Assembly (NCBI GenBank): GCA_018662825.1
Contig: JABJFI010000095.1
Coordinates: forward strand, 1,204-65,203
Source: Methanobacteriota archaeon
GTDB taxonomy: Archaea > Thermoplasmatota > Poseidoniia > Poseidoniales > Poseidoniaceae
Direction: 5' to 3'
Length of the DNA: 64,000 bases
Below the pieces are notes generated by a model. The model searched no databases. It saw only the letters and a program-made list of their open reading frames with translations, and had not been told where the DNA came from. Below, in pieces: positions 1-8,412 of this stretch (position 1 is the stretch's first letter; each line of letters opens with the position of its first letter). A program made the translations under genes and the position numbers.

Positions 1-1695
1 AACTCAACACTTTCAGACTTGAACTTTAGAGAACTCGACGCTTTCTGCCGTGGATTCTCTTACATGCGGGTACGAGAAGATGAACGCCCTGACAATTGGC
101 TTTGCCGTACAACCTTTGAAAACCGTTCTTCATTTGCTGTTGATCTAGTGAAACTTCAAGTTAGAATGAAGGGAAGCGATGACCTCCTTTTCGACATCAG
201 TGATGTTCGACAAGATGTCAAACCCCATGGTAAGTGGGAAAGTGAAGAACGCACTGTCATGGCGCAATCAAAGCCAGACTTTGCAACCGAACTTGCTTAC
301 ACAATTCTTCCTCGTGCGAGCCGAAGTACTGAAGGTTCAATCAGTCTTGAATCGAAGACTCTCGAAGTTGTTGAAGCAAACCTCGAGAAAGTATACTCTA
401 CTACGGGTCTACGTTCGTATAGGTCCCAAAAGGTCTCTGCGACTTTGACCTTGACAAATAACGGTTCATCTAATATCAATTTGATGAGAATTACCGATGA
501 TATTCCTGGATTGTTCGATGCACCTGATGTCTCTGCTATGACCATTAAAATCAATGGCAAAGAACTCGATGCTGAACAAATTAAGGCAGAAATAAACAGC
601 GGTATTACTCTAGAAAAGACAAACCGCTCACCAGATGGTGATGGTCACACCTTGACCCTCACTGTAGGCGCTCGTGGCCCAGTTGGCCTCAAGCCTGGTA
701 AAGCCATGACTGTCGAATATGATTTGATTGCTCCTGACCCATCCCCTGATAATTCAAACATTACCGCACCTGCTCGCACTGAATTCAGTGCAGAACGATA
801 CGGCCCTGTTTGCACACGAGATACTACTGAAGCACCAGCAATTAGTGTGATTCACAACCGACGTGACTTCTCCTTTGGAAAGACAACACAAAAGATTGGT
901 GGAAAGGGACGTCACGAGGTTTTGATTCTATTCTCCAACGATGGAGATACTGCATTGAAAGATGTCATCCTCAGCGATATCATTCCTGAAAAATTCGAAA
1001 TTAAAGATTGGTTGATTCGTGGAAACAATGACAAGCGTGATGATTGTGAAATGGCTACTGAATCTGGTGAAGGTGGTACTCACATCACTTGGACAATCCC
1101 TATTGTCGAAAAAGGCGAACGTCTTGAAGTTTCATTTGAAATCAACGGTCCCGGAGTTATCGATGGTGAAGCTGGAAACCGATTCCACGGCGTTCACTTT
1201 GGTGATGAAGTTGAAACCGAAGATATTGCATCACCTATGGAAGAGGCTTCTGAGGAACCTGAGGCTGAAGAAGAAGTTGCACCAAAGGTCTCGTGGAGAG
1301 AAGATGTCCTTCTTCGTGTCATGGATGCTGCTGGCATTGATGTCAGTAATCGTGATGAATTCGTTGCACATGCTGCTAACTATGATTTAGACGACAATGG
1401 TTATCTCAAGAAGGCTGAACTTCAAGCAGCTGCCGATGCCTGGAATGCTGAAGCAGGAACTGAGGAAGTTGCTGAAGAGGCTGTTGAAGAAGTTGCAGAA
1501 GAAACTGCTGCTGAAGAGGCTGTTGAAGAAGTTGCAGAAGAACCGGCTGCTGAAGAAGCAGTTGAAGAAGTTGCAGAAGAAACTGCTACTGAAGAAGCAG
1601 TTGAAGAAGCCGCAGCTGAAAAAGCATGTCCAATCTGTATGACCATGAATGCACATGATGCAACAACATGCGTCTGTTCATTCACCTTTGAGTGA
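1..1695 (+). CDS. Hypothetical multidomain protein, 5' end cut by the window edge (beta-sandwich DUF11/CARDB-like modules, EF-hand-like loop, acidic tandem repeats, C-terminal Cys cluster)
   Basis: Frame 1 has no stop from base 1 (the track start at 19 is TTG). Module motifs LTLTNNGSSNINLMRITDDIPG and LILFSNDGDTALKDVILSDIIPE. DLDDNGYLKKAEL fits a DxDxDG Ca-binding loop. About 4 copies of EEAVEEVAEExAA. Ends CPIC-x10-CVC. Confidence 0.6.
   Translation, partial: NSTLSDLNFRELDAFCRGFSYMRVREDERPDNWLCRTTFENRSSFAVDLVKLQVRMKGSDDLLFDISDVRQDVKPHGKWESEERTVMAQSKPDFATELAYTILPRASRSTEGSISLESKTLEVVEANLEKVYSTTGLRSYRSQKVSATLTLTNNGSSNINLMRITDDIPGLFDAPDVSAMTIKINGKELDAEQIKAEINSGITLEKTNRSPDGDGHTLTLTVGARGPVGLKPGKAMTVEYDLIAPDPSPDNSNITAPARTEFSAERYGPVCTRDTTEAPAISVIHNRRDFSFGKTTQKIGGKGRHEVLILFSNDGDTALKDVILSDIIPEKFEIKDWLIRGNNDKRDDCEMATESGEGGTHITWTIPIVEKGERLEVSFEINGPGVIDGEAGNRFHGVHFGDEVETEDIASPMEEASEEPEAEEEVAPKVSWREDVLLRVMDAAGIDVSNRDEFVAHAANYDLDDNGYLKKAELQAAADAWNAEAGTEEVAEEAVEEVAEETAAEEAVEEVAEEPAAEEAVEEVAEETATEEAVEEAAAEKACPICMTMNAHDATTCVCSFTFE
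1462..1620 (+). repeat. In-frame 39-nt (13-aa) acidic tandem repeat, about 4 copies (EEAVEEVAEE[TP]AA)
   Basis: Read directly: gaagaggctgttgaagaagttgcagaagaaactgctgct and near-identical units follow one another. The antisense ORFs 1387-1787 are mirror artefacts of it. Confidence 0.85.
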
Positions 1696-1725
1696 TTCAG
1701 ATAGATGATGTGAGCGTCAATGCGC

Positions 1726-2145
1726 TCATTCGGGTAAGACCCATTGTGGCCAACTTTCATTGTTTGAAGAACTACTAACGACAACAAGAATTGGTCGGTT
1801 TACAGTTGACAGAACTAACTCCAATGAACGCTCTGTTGAGGGTGTTATCACTCCATCCCGCATATCAACTGCTAACCATGCTGATGGATACTGACCCATC
1901 CATGCTTTGAGTTCTGCTTCAATTCCTTCGGGTGGAATACCTTGACGGACACTGGCAATGAAACCCCAACCTGGAGGGCATCGGCGTTCTGCATCAGTCC
2001 AAAGAAAAACACGAGGATTTGCAGCCAAGCGGTTCAATTGCTCAACTGCTTCATCCAAAGTAACACAGACCGGCCGATTTGGCATTGGCACTGGTACTGA
2101 ATGGCGCCAAGTTCGGTCTAAATCCAGCGGTTCTCTTCGGCGCAT
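1726..2145 (-). CDS. Hypothetical protein (start uncertain; an ATG at 2085 is possible)
   Basis: Only protein-like ORF in the 540-nt gap between convergent and divergent neighbours. The plus-strand alternative (1958-2188) is Arg/Ser junk. No motif recognised. Confidence 0.4.
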   Translation of the reverse strand: MRRREPLDLDRTWRHSVPVPMPNRPVCVTLDEAVEQLNRLAANPRVFLWTDAERRCPPGWGFIASVRQGIPPEGIEAELKAWMGQYPSAWLAVDMRDGVITPSTERSLELVLSTVNRPILVVVSSSSNNESWPQWVLPE

Positions 2146-2232
2146 GACTCACCGATGCCGGCACATCGTTTCAAACCCTCGGCGATGAATGAATGAAGTC
2201 GCCAACTTCAAGAGAAATCCAAGCGAACCTTC

Positions 2233-3171
2233 ATGCCCTCTATGCGCCGCCCTCAGTTTATGTCGAACGGGAATGCACCCCCGCCACCCCAACCACCGGG
2301 TGGATCAATGCTGATGATGCTTGGAATCATGGTAATGATGACATTCCTCATTATGAATCCCAGCATTCGCAATTCATTAGGAGATATTGCAGATCCTATA
2401 TTGTCACCGATTCTTCCTGAAGAGGCATATTTTGTATTCACTGTACTAATCTTGGGAAGTTTTTCGATGACCATGAATACGGTTCTGCGTAATTTTTTCA
2501 CCGACCCAATGGCTCAAGCACATATTGGCCATCGCCAGGGTCAAGTTCGAAAAATGTTGAACGATGCACGCATGTCACGCGACCCTATTCTACAAGAAAA
2601 GGCGACAACTCTGCAACAACAAATGATGCCTGAGCAATTGAAAGTACAGATGGGTGCAATGAAACCCATGATGTTCACGATGGTTTTCATCATTGCGATT
2701 TTTGCTTGGCTCACCATGGCAGTTGAGAATTTTAGAGTGGATTATGTCTCCTTACCTTGGGCATCAGAATGGAACCTTCTTGAAGATAAATTCCTGTTTT
2801 TCCCTGCATGGATTTGCGCCTACATTTGTATGAGTGCTCCTCTTGGAAGAATCATTGACCGCCACATCAAACTATTCCGATTTCGAGGTCACCCGTTAGT
2901 TACTTCTGGTGAAACACTCAAAGAACCACTTCTCCATCTAGTTGTTTCATCAACCAGTTCACGTGACAGTGATGCTCGGCGCCGACAGCAACGAGGACAG
3001 CGTAATTCCCACAACAAACGAAAGCAGTCAAGGGCATCTCCACAAGAAGATGTGGGTGAGAGGGCCACGAAAAGTGATTCAAATGAATGTCCTGAATGTG
3101 GCTTAACGATGGTTACCAAACTTGGAGCTCGAAGTCGACGTTGTGATGTTTGCCGTCATGAGTGGGTGTAG
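2233..3171 (+). CDS. DUF106 / EMC3-TMCO1-like (archaeal YidC/Oxa1-like) membrane insertase with basic tail and C-terminal Zn-ribbon
   Basis: TM1, then a coiled segment MAQAHIGHRQGQVRKMLNDARMSRD...LQQQMMPEQLKVQMGAMKPMMFTMVFIIAIFAWL typical of DUF106. Sits just before cmk-cbf5, as at the archaeal secY-adk-DUF106-cmk locus tail. Tail RRRQQRGQRNSHNKRKQ plus CPEC-x15-CDVC. Confidence 0.65.
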   Translation: MPSMRRPQFMSNGNAPPPPQPPGGSMLMMLGIMVMMTFLIMNPSIRNSLGDIADPILSPILPEEAYFVFTVLILGSFSMTMNTVLRNFFTDPMAQAHIGHRQGQVRKMLNDARMSRDPILQEKATTLQQQMMPEQLKVQMGAMKPMMFTMVFIIAIFAWLTMAVENFRVDYVSLPWASEWNLLEDKFLFFPAWICAYICMSAPLGRIIDRHIKLFRFRGHPLVTSGETLKEPLLHLVVSSTSSRDSDARRRQQRGQRNSHNKRKQSRASPQEDVGERATKSDSNECPECGLTMVTKLGARSRRCDVCRHEWV

Positions 3172-3173
3172 AA

Positions 3174-3710
3174 ATGACGCGGATTACCGTTTCAGGCCAT
3201 CCGGGAAGCGGCACAAGTACCTTAGTGAGTGGTTTAGTCAAACACTTTGGATGGACTTCACTCAACGGTGGCGACATTTTTCGAAATGAAGCGGCACGAC
3301 GTGAAATGAGTCTTCATGACTTTGGAATACTTTGCGAACAAGACCTTGAAGTGGACCGTGCATTGGACAAACTTCTGCAAGAACAAATGCTCTCCGATTC
3401 TGCAGATATTGTTGAATCGAGATTAGCAGGATGGTGGGCATATCGATTGCAAATTCCATGTGTTCGGCTTTGGCTTGAAGTGGATGAACATGAACGAGCA
3501 AAACGTGTGGCAAATCGTGAAGGAGATTCTATAGAAGAGGCACTGATTGCCAATAAACAACGTTCAAACATTGATGCTGGACGATTTATGGAACTGTATC
3601 AACTACTCCCTGAGCAGCGTGAACCCTATACCTCATTACTTGACGCAACAAACCTTGGCAGTGAAGAAGTTCTTGCTGCTGCTATCGAAATATTGGAGAA
3701 ATCCCTATGA
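3174..3710 (+). CDS. cmk: Cytidylate kinase, archaeal type
   Basis: P-loop ITVSGHPGSGTSTL at the N-terminus, about 180 aa, archaeal cmk-like body. The ATG at 3174 is preferred over the track GTG at 3162, which overlaps the previous stop. Confidence 0.85.
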   Translation: MTRITVSGHPGSGTSTLVSGLVKHFGWTSLNGGDIFRNEAARREMSLHDFGILCEQDLEVDRALDKLLQEQMLSDSADIVESRLAGWWAYRLQIPCVRLWLEVDEHERAKRVANREGDSIEEALIANKQRSNIDAGRFMELYQLLPEQREPYTSLLDATNLGSEEVLAAAIEILEKSL

Positions 3711-4675
3711 CACAACACATCCTTGACACCACCGCTTCGACCAATCCCGCAATTGGCGGGAACCCTGATGCACGAGATGTTGAAGAGCGTCTTGCGTCTG
3801 GATTTATTCTGCTCGACAAACCTGCAGGGCCAACATCTCATCAACTTGCATCGTGGGCTCGTGACCTGTTTGGTCTAGAGCGTTTGGGCCATGGTGGCAC
3901 CCTTGACCCCTTTGCAACAGGTGTCCTACCACTGATGGCTGGAAAGGCAATGAAAGTAACCAAAAAAATTCTCACACACAAGAAGACCTACATTTGTGTG
4001 TTTCGATTTGCAACACTGCCGGACCAAAGTCGGCTTGCAGAGGTCATGAGACAACTAACTGGCCGTGTCTACAATGTCCCTCCGGAAGTTTCTGCCGTTA
4101 AGGTTCAAGTTCGAACTCGAAAAATTTTCACCTTTGAAAATATTGAAATCAAAGGAAATGACATGATAGCCCGTGTCCATTGTGAAGCAGGCACATATAT
4201 TCGTACAATGGCACGTGATCTCGGTCTGCTTTTGGACATGAAAGTTCAGTTGAAGGAACTACGCCGAGAAACTTCTGGTGTATTCAACCTAGAAGACTGT
4301 ATCACTATGCAAGAATTGGCCGATGCAGTCTGGCTCTGGAAAGAGTGCGACAAACCAGAGGCACTACTACGAATCATTCATCCGATTGAAAAAATATTGC
4401 TTGACTTGCCAACTGCTACTGTGAAGGACAGTGCTGCTGCTGCCTTGGCCCATGGTGCACCTCTTTTGCGACCTGGGCTCATCAACATTCAATCGGGTGT
4501 AAAGGCTGGCAAAGAAATAATGATTCAAACGCTTAAAGGCGAGGCTGTTGGAATTGTAACGCTCACGCTCAATACTGATGAAATCGCTACTATTAACGAA
4601 GGTGAAGTTGCTCGACCAAATATGGTCTTGCTCGATGAGGGGTTATACCCTCGCCGCTGGAAGTCTCCAGAGTGA
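3707..4675 (+). CDS. cbf5: tRNA/rRNA pseudouridine synthase Cbf5 (H/ACA RNP catalytic subunit, TruB family with PUA domain)
   Basis: LLDKPAGPTSHQ...GHGGTLDPFATGVLPL catalytic Asp motif. C-terminal PUA-like region (AAALAHGAPLLRPG...). ATGA overlap with the cmk stop. Confidence 0.9.
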   Translation: MTQHILDTTASTNPAIGGNPDARDVEERLASGFILLDKPAGPTSHQLASWARDLFGLERLGHGGTLDPFATGVLPLMAGKAMKVTKKILTHKKTYICVFRFATLPDQSRLAEVMRQLTGRVYNVPPEVSAVKVQVRTRKIFTFENIEIKGNDMIARVHCEAGTYIRTMARDLGLLLDMKVQLKELRRETSGVFNLEDCITMQELADAVWLWKECDKPEALLRIIHPIEKILLDLPTATVKDSAAAALAHGAPLLRPGLINIQSGVKAGKEIMIQTLKGEAVGIVTLTLNTDEIATINEGEVARPNMVLLDEGLYPRRWKSPE

Positions 4676-4843
4676 ATCAAATTTGATTCTCAAGCTTCAA
4701 CGTATTCTTCGTAAATATATTCGTCTGTTTCTATTCGTATTTTCAATACTGACATGATTCCCACATCCACTTTGTCAACGGGTGTTGAACGGCCCCCACG
4801 GCCTCAAAGCAAGTTTTTGTGAGACGGTCCCCCTATCAAGTTT

Positions 4844-4899
4844 GAGGGTGTTTTTCGCGTTATCCGTCATCAGAGGGTGTTTTTGAATCGGAATACACT
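4844..4899. repeat. Word repeats: GAGGGTGTTTTT x2 (4844-4855, 4873-4884), then TGAAT, then GAATACACT (4891-4899)
   Basis: Read directly. The same words recur at 7321-7346. The T5 runs may also act as oligo-T terminators for cbf5. Confidence 0.7.
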
Positions 4900-4909
4900 G
4901 ACAATAAAT

Positions 4910-7303
4910 TCACTGCAATTTCTTGATTTTTGGTGGAGTTAAGAAAACGAAAAATCCACCGATTGCCAAAAGAGATACAATCGTAAGACCCCAAAACATT
5001 CCGTCAGAAATAGCCGCTCTATTTGATTGAACATTATTCGAACTTAGTGCAGGTTCAATCGCAACAGCCAACAAGCCTTCATTGTTATCTTCTTGACCTT
5101 CTGTAATTTCCAAACCTCGGTCGATAACTGCACGAATCTGAACCTGCTCCTTGCCTTCCGGAACCTGCCAATCACATGTGACATATGCGACATTGCCCGG
5201 TTCAAGCAGTGGAAGGGTTTCATAATCAATTAATTCCGAATTTGATTCACATCTAACTGAAATCAAACTTGCTTGGGCTTGGCCGATATTTCGGACAAGT
5301 ACTCGGATGGAGACTATATCGCCAGCACGAATCACATCATCTCCAAGGTCAATTTCTTCGACAATAAGGTCGGGCAGAGAAAGAACTTCAAGGTCAAGGA
5401 TTCGTTCGTGGCACGATGTTTGGTCACAAAGAGAAATAAGGGCTGAAGTAAAACCAGGGCTTGGTGCGTTGATCATGAGTGTTTTATTGAATACATCAAC
5501 GGTGATCCAAGAACGATTGGAGGATGCTGTTAGGCCTGTCGAATCTACATCAGAATAATCAAAAGCAATCTCTGTCGGAATAGATAATTCAACAGGAACT
5601 AGTGATTGAAATTCCTGAAGGACTGGTGTGTCGTCAATGTTCTGCACATTGACAATGAACACTTCGACCCAAGTATTACCCGCCGAGTCCGAGACCGTGG
5701 TTTGAATTGATGCTTGCCCCGAAGATTCTGGTTGAAGTGATAGACGTACATCTCCTTCGGTTAAGTCCACCACGACGAGTTCCGGATTTGAATTAGAAAA
5801 CTCAACTTGTAGATTTTCGTAAGACGTTCGGTCATCGGTACAGCGGTATAAGAATGGCAAAATGCGTCCACCTCCATCTTCGGTCAAGGATTGATCTCCT
5901 ACGGGAATACATACAGGATTTTCATCCCATTCAATTTCGTAACCACCGGTTATCGAAATAGAAGTAACCTCAAAGGCGGTGGTACTTTCATTACCTTGAG
6001 AATCCCAAGTAAACCAAGATTTCAGTTCAACCTTAACCGAAGTATCCCCAGCAGACATATATTTGCCAATTGGAAATGAGAGGGATAAGGAGGGCGACAA
6101 TGCCACCGGTTGATTGGTCACCAATTCATCATTGACAAATAGTAGCCAACGTGAATAAACTGAGTCAAGACCATCGACATCACCGAATATTCGACCTTGC
6201 AATGAAAGAGTTGGGTCATTCACATCGACGGTAATCGAAGTAATACACGCTTCAATTGTAGATATTCGAAGTTGAGTGAAAGGGTGGTCTGGAAGCAACA
6301 TATGCTCATCCATTGCGGAAAATTCAGAAAACGAAATGCCATCATCTGAAAAAGAATATTCCAGTATCACGTCGTCAAGTGATTCATTGTCCAAAGTGAA
6401 GTGTGGTCTTCCGATACGCTGGTTTGGGGGTGTTTCGATAATTTCACTAGTCCAACGGCCAGATGAACCTGGTATGCTAGATTGCAGGCCGCATTCTGCT
6501 AGCGCCATATTTTCTGAACTACCCAACATCAAATCAAGTCCAATGATTGGCATATCATGACCCGAGAATTGAGCTTGAGCAGAACCGTATTCACCACCAT
6601 ACCATGGTGTCTTCATGACAACTTTAATACCAACTGCATCGACATTTAATTGTGAATCATCGGTTGTTCCGACCGAGACATAATCCAATGTCATGACCGA
6701 GTTTTGTATCATGTTCCAATCCCAAGTGGTTAGTTCTGTCACATTGTATGTCCAAGAATTTGAAAGATAATCAAGAGCACCTTGAGTGTGCGCAAAAGTG
6801 GTAAGTGGCTCATATTGGCCATCATAATTGAGTGAAAATCGCACCGAATCTTGGTACAGTGGGTCTGGGACTGAAAAAGCAACTACAACATTGACGGCCA
6901 AAATATCATAGCCCGTGGAACCAAAAGCATTGAATGAAGATAATTTTATTTCAGGTCCAGTCGACCACGATGTTGCACCATCGGGAGTACCGATTGAGTT
7001 ATTGGAGTCGGTTGGAGAGGATTGTGCCCAAAATATCATGCTGTCTTGATTAAGTGGACGATGGTGAATCATTGTTAGACGTTGGTCAGCGACCATGGCA
7101 TCTGTATAGGATGCTGGGTCTTCAGAAAAAGAGGTAAATGCTCCGAGTGTCCAATTTTCAGTGTGTGAAAAATCTCCTTCAGGGAAAATATCGACAAGAT
7201 TAGTTTGATGAACTGAACGTGCAGAAACTGCGCTATATGGCGCAAGAAGCAATAAAAAGAGCATAAAAATTACGGTCGAATTCTTCGAATATGAAACTCC
7301 CAT
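4910..7303 (-). CDS. Large secreted surface protein with membrane-proximal CARDB-like domain and C-terminal TM anchor
   Basis: Signal-peptide-like MGVSYSKNSTVIFMLFLLLLAPYSAVSA from the ATG at 7303 (the track start 7405 is GTG). CARDB pattern DLIVEEIDLGDDVIRAGDIVSIRVLVRNIGQ...EGQEDNNE. C-terminal WGLTIVSLLAIGGFFVFL plus KIKK. Confidence 0.7.
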   Translation of the reverse strand: MGVSYSKNSTVIFMLFLLLLAPYSAVSARSVHQTNLVDIFPEGDFSHTENWTLGAFTSFSEDPASYTDAMVADQRLTMIHHRPLNQDSMIFWAQSSPTDSNNSIGTPDGATSWSTGPEIKLSSFNAFGSTGYDILAVNVVVAFSVPDPLYQDSVRFSLNYDGQYEPLTTFAHTQGALDYLSNSWTYNVTELTTWDWNMIQNSVMTLDYVSVGTTDDSQLNVDAVGIKVVMKTPWYGGEYGSAQAQFSGHDMPIIGLDLMLGSSENMALAECGLQSSIPGSSGRWTSEIIETPPNQRIGRPHFTLDNESLDDVILEYSFSDDGISFSEFSAMDEHMLLPDHPFTQLRISTIEACITSITVDVNDPTLSLQGRIFGDVDGLDSVYSRWLLFVNDELVTNQPVALSPSLSLSFPIGKYMSAGDTSVKVELKSWFTWDSQGNESTTAFEVTSISITGGYEIEWDENPVCIPVGDQSLTEDGGGRILPFLYRCTDDRTSYENLQVEFSNSNPELVVVDLTEGDVRLSLQPESSGQASIQTTVSDSAGNTWVEVFIVNVQNIDDTPVLQEFQSLVPVELSIPTEIAFDYSDVDSTGLTASSNRSWITVDVFNKTLMINAPSPGFTSALISLCDQTSCHERILDLEVLSLPDLIVEEIDLGDDVIRAGDIVSIRVLVRNIGQAQASLISVRCESNSELIDYETLPLLEPGNVAYVTCDWQVPEGKEQVQIRAVIDRGLEITEGQEDNNEGLLAVAIEPALSSNNVQSNRAAISDGMFWGLTIVSLLAIGGFFVFLTPPKIKKLQ

Positions 7304-7320
7304 GTAAAGGCGAGAACAAC

Positions 7321-7346
7321 GAATACACTTGAATGAGAGGGTGTTT
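7321..7346. repeat. GAATACACT-TGAAT-GA-GAGGGTGTTT, the same words as 4873-4899 in swapped order
   Basis: Coordinates derived from the ORF-track codons (KLNTLSFKCIR). Lies 18-43 nt upstream of the preferred ATG at 7303 of the minus-strand surface-protein gene. Confidence 0.7.
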
Positions 7347-7431
7347 AGTTTCATCGATTTGAGATTCGGATAGATGATTCCTTCTGCGGATTGTTGAAAT
7401 ACCACGCGGATAACCGCGACTTACCTCTCAT

Positions 7432-7504
7432 GGCTGTGATGGTGTAGGGGTTAGCACGGCAGATTGTGGTTCTGCCAGCCCGAGTTCGATTCTCGGTCAC
7501 GGCC
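7432..7504 (+). tRNA. tRNA-His (anticodon GTG) with genomically encoded G-1
   Basis: Cloverleaf read by hand. G-1, acceptor GCTGTGA/TCACGGC, D arm GTGT-AGGGGTTA-GCAC. Anticodon stem GCAGA/TCTGC with loop TTGTGGT. T arm CCGAG-TTCGATT-CTCGG, discriminator C. No encoded CCA. Confidence 0.85.
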
Positions 7505-7507
7505 CCT

Positions 7508-8149
7508 TTAATTTCCTTCTAGTTGTTCTTGGTCAATTTGGTGGCCCATTCGCTCGGCTTTAGTTTCCAAATAAAATCGGTTTTGTGCACTGACACCGAC
7601 CACCAACGGAACCAAATCGACGACATTGATGCCATGTCTTTCCAACTGCTCTTTTTTGTTTGGGTTATTGGAAAGAAGACTTACTCGAGGTATTCCAAGG
7701 GACGACAACATGCTAGCGGCAATGCTGTAATCACGATTATCGGCTGGTAATCCAAGCATCAAATTTGCATCTAGGGTATCAGCACCCTTGTCTTGCAAGT
7801 GATAAGCCTGAATTTTTGCATGCAATCCGATGCCTCGGCCTTCTTGACGCAAATAGAGTAAGCATCCCCATCCTTTGTCGGCGATGGTCTTCAAAGCAGA
7901 ATCCAATTGCGCTCCACAGTCACAACGAAGGCTTCCCAAGACATCTCCCGTCAAACATTCTGAATGTACCCTGATGATTACCGGGTCGGCCCCCTTCATA
8001 TCACCCAATGTAAGGGCGACATGGTCCAAACCTGTGGAGGATTCATGAAAAATTCGGATTTGAAAATCTCCATGTATTGTAGGAAGTTTGGCTTCACTTG
8101 GAATTGAATTAGTTTCGACCAATTCAATAGGTTCAATTATTCCTTTCAC
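7508..8149 (-). CDS. ribA: GTP cyclohydrolase II (RibA type)
   Basis: IRVHSECLTGDVLGSLRCDCGAQL Zn/GTP motif and RQEGRGIGL, near-identical in pattern to bacterial RibA. Confidence 0.85.
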   Translation of the reverse strand: MKGIIEPIELVETNSIPSEAKLPTIHGDFQIRIFHESSTGLDHVALTLGDMKGADPVIIRVHSECLTGDVLGSLRCDCGAQLDSALKTIADKGWGCLLYLRQEGRGIGLHAKIQAYHLQDKGADTLDANLMLGLPADNRDYSIAASMLSSLGIPRVSLLSNNPNKKEQLERHGINVVDLVPLVVGVSAQNRFYLETKAERMGHQIDQEQLEGN

Positions 8150-8412
8150 ACAATCACCTCAATCAAAAAGCGTAGTTCGCCTGCATTCTCCTCAACCGAA
8201 AGAATCTGGTGCTTTCCACGTGTTGTCAATAATGGCATATCATGTAGAGTTTCGGGGTCATCAGCAAGCACTTCGAGAATCTGTCCGGCATTCATGCTTG
8301 CAAGAGCCTTTTTCGCTTCAGAAACGGGAACAGGGCAGAAAAAACCAATCACATCAAGGCGATGTGTCGGTGAAACCAAAGCTCCTTCTCCTAGAGAAAC
8401 AACTTCGACCAT
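8146..8412 (-). CDS. TusA/SirA-like sulfur-carrier protein
   Basis: 88 aa with a CPxP active-site motif (GFFCPVPV) followed by ILEVLADDP. 4-nt overlap with the ribA start. Confidence 0.75.
   Translation of the reverse strand: MVEVVSLGEGALVSPTHRLDVIGFFCPVPVSEAKKALASMNAGQILEVLADDPETLHDMPLLTTRGKHQILSVEENAGELRFLIEVIV

Noticed and set aside
1387-1787. Antisense and alternative-frame ORFs (1387-1656, 1397-1642, 1422-1787) over the acidic repeat region
   Set aside because: They are low-complexity mirror images (Ser/Ala/Phe/Leu/Lys runs) of the GAA/GCT-rich repeat in the real plus-strand gene, not independent genes.
4867-4873. C-box-like CTGATGA (minus strand), and another at 53153-53159 (plus strand), as possible C/D-box sRNAs near cbf5 and in the 53079-53242 spacer
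   Set aside because: I found no matching D box (CTGA) or C'/D' at an appropriate distance, and no terminal stem. A single 7-mer is expected by chance.
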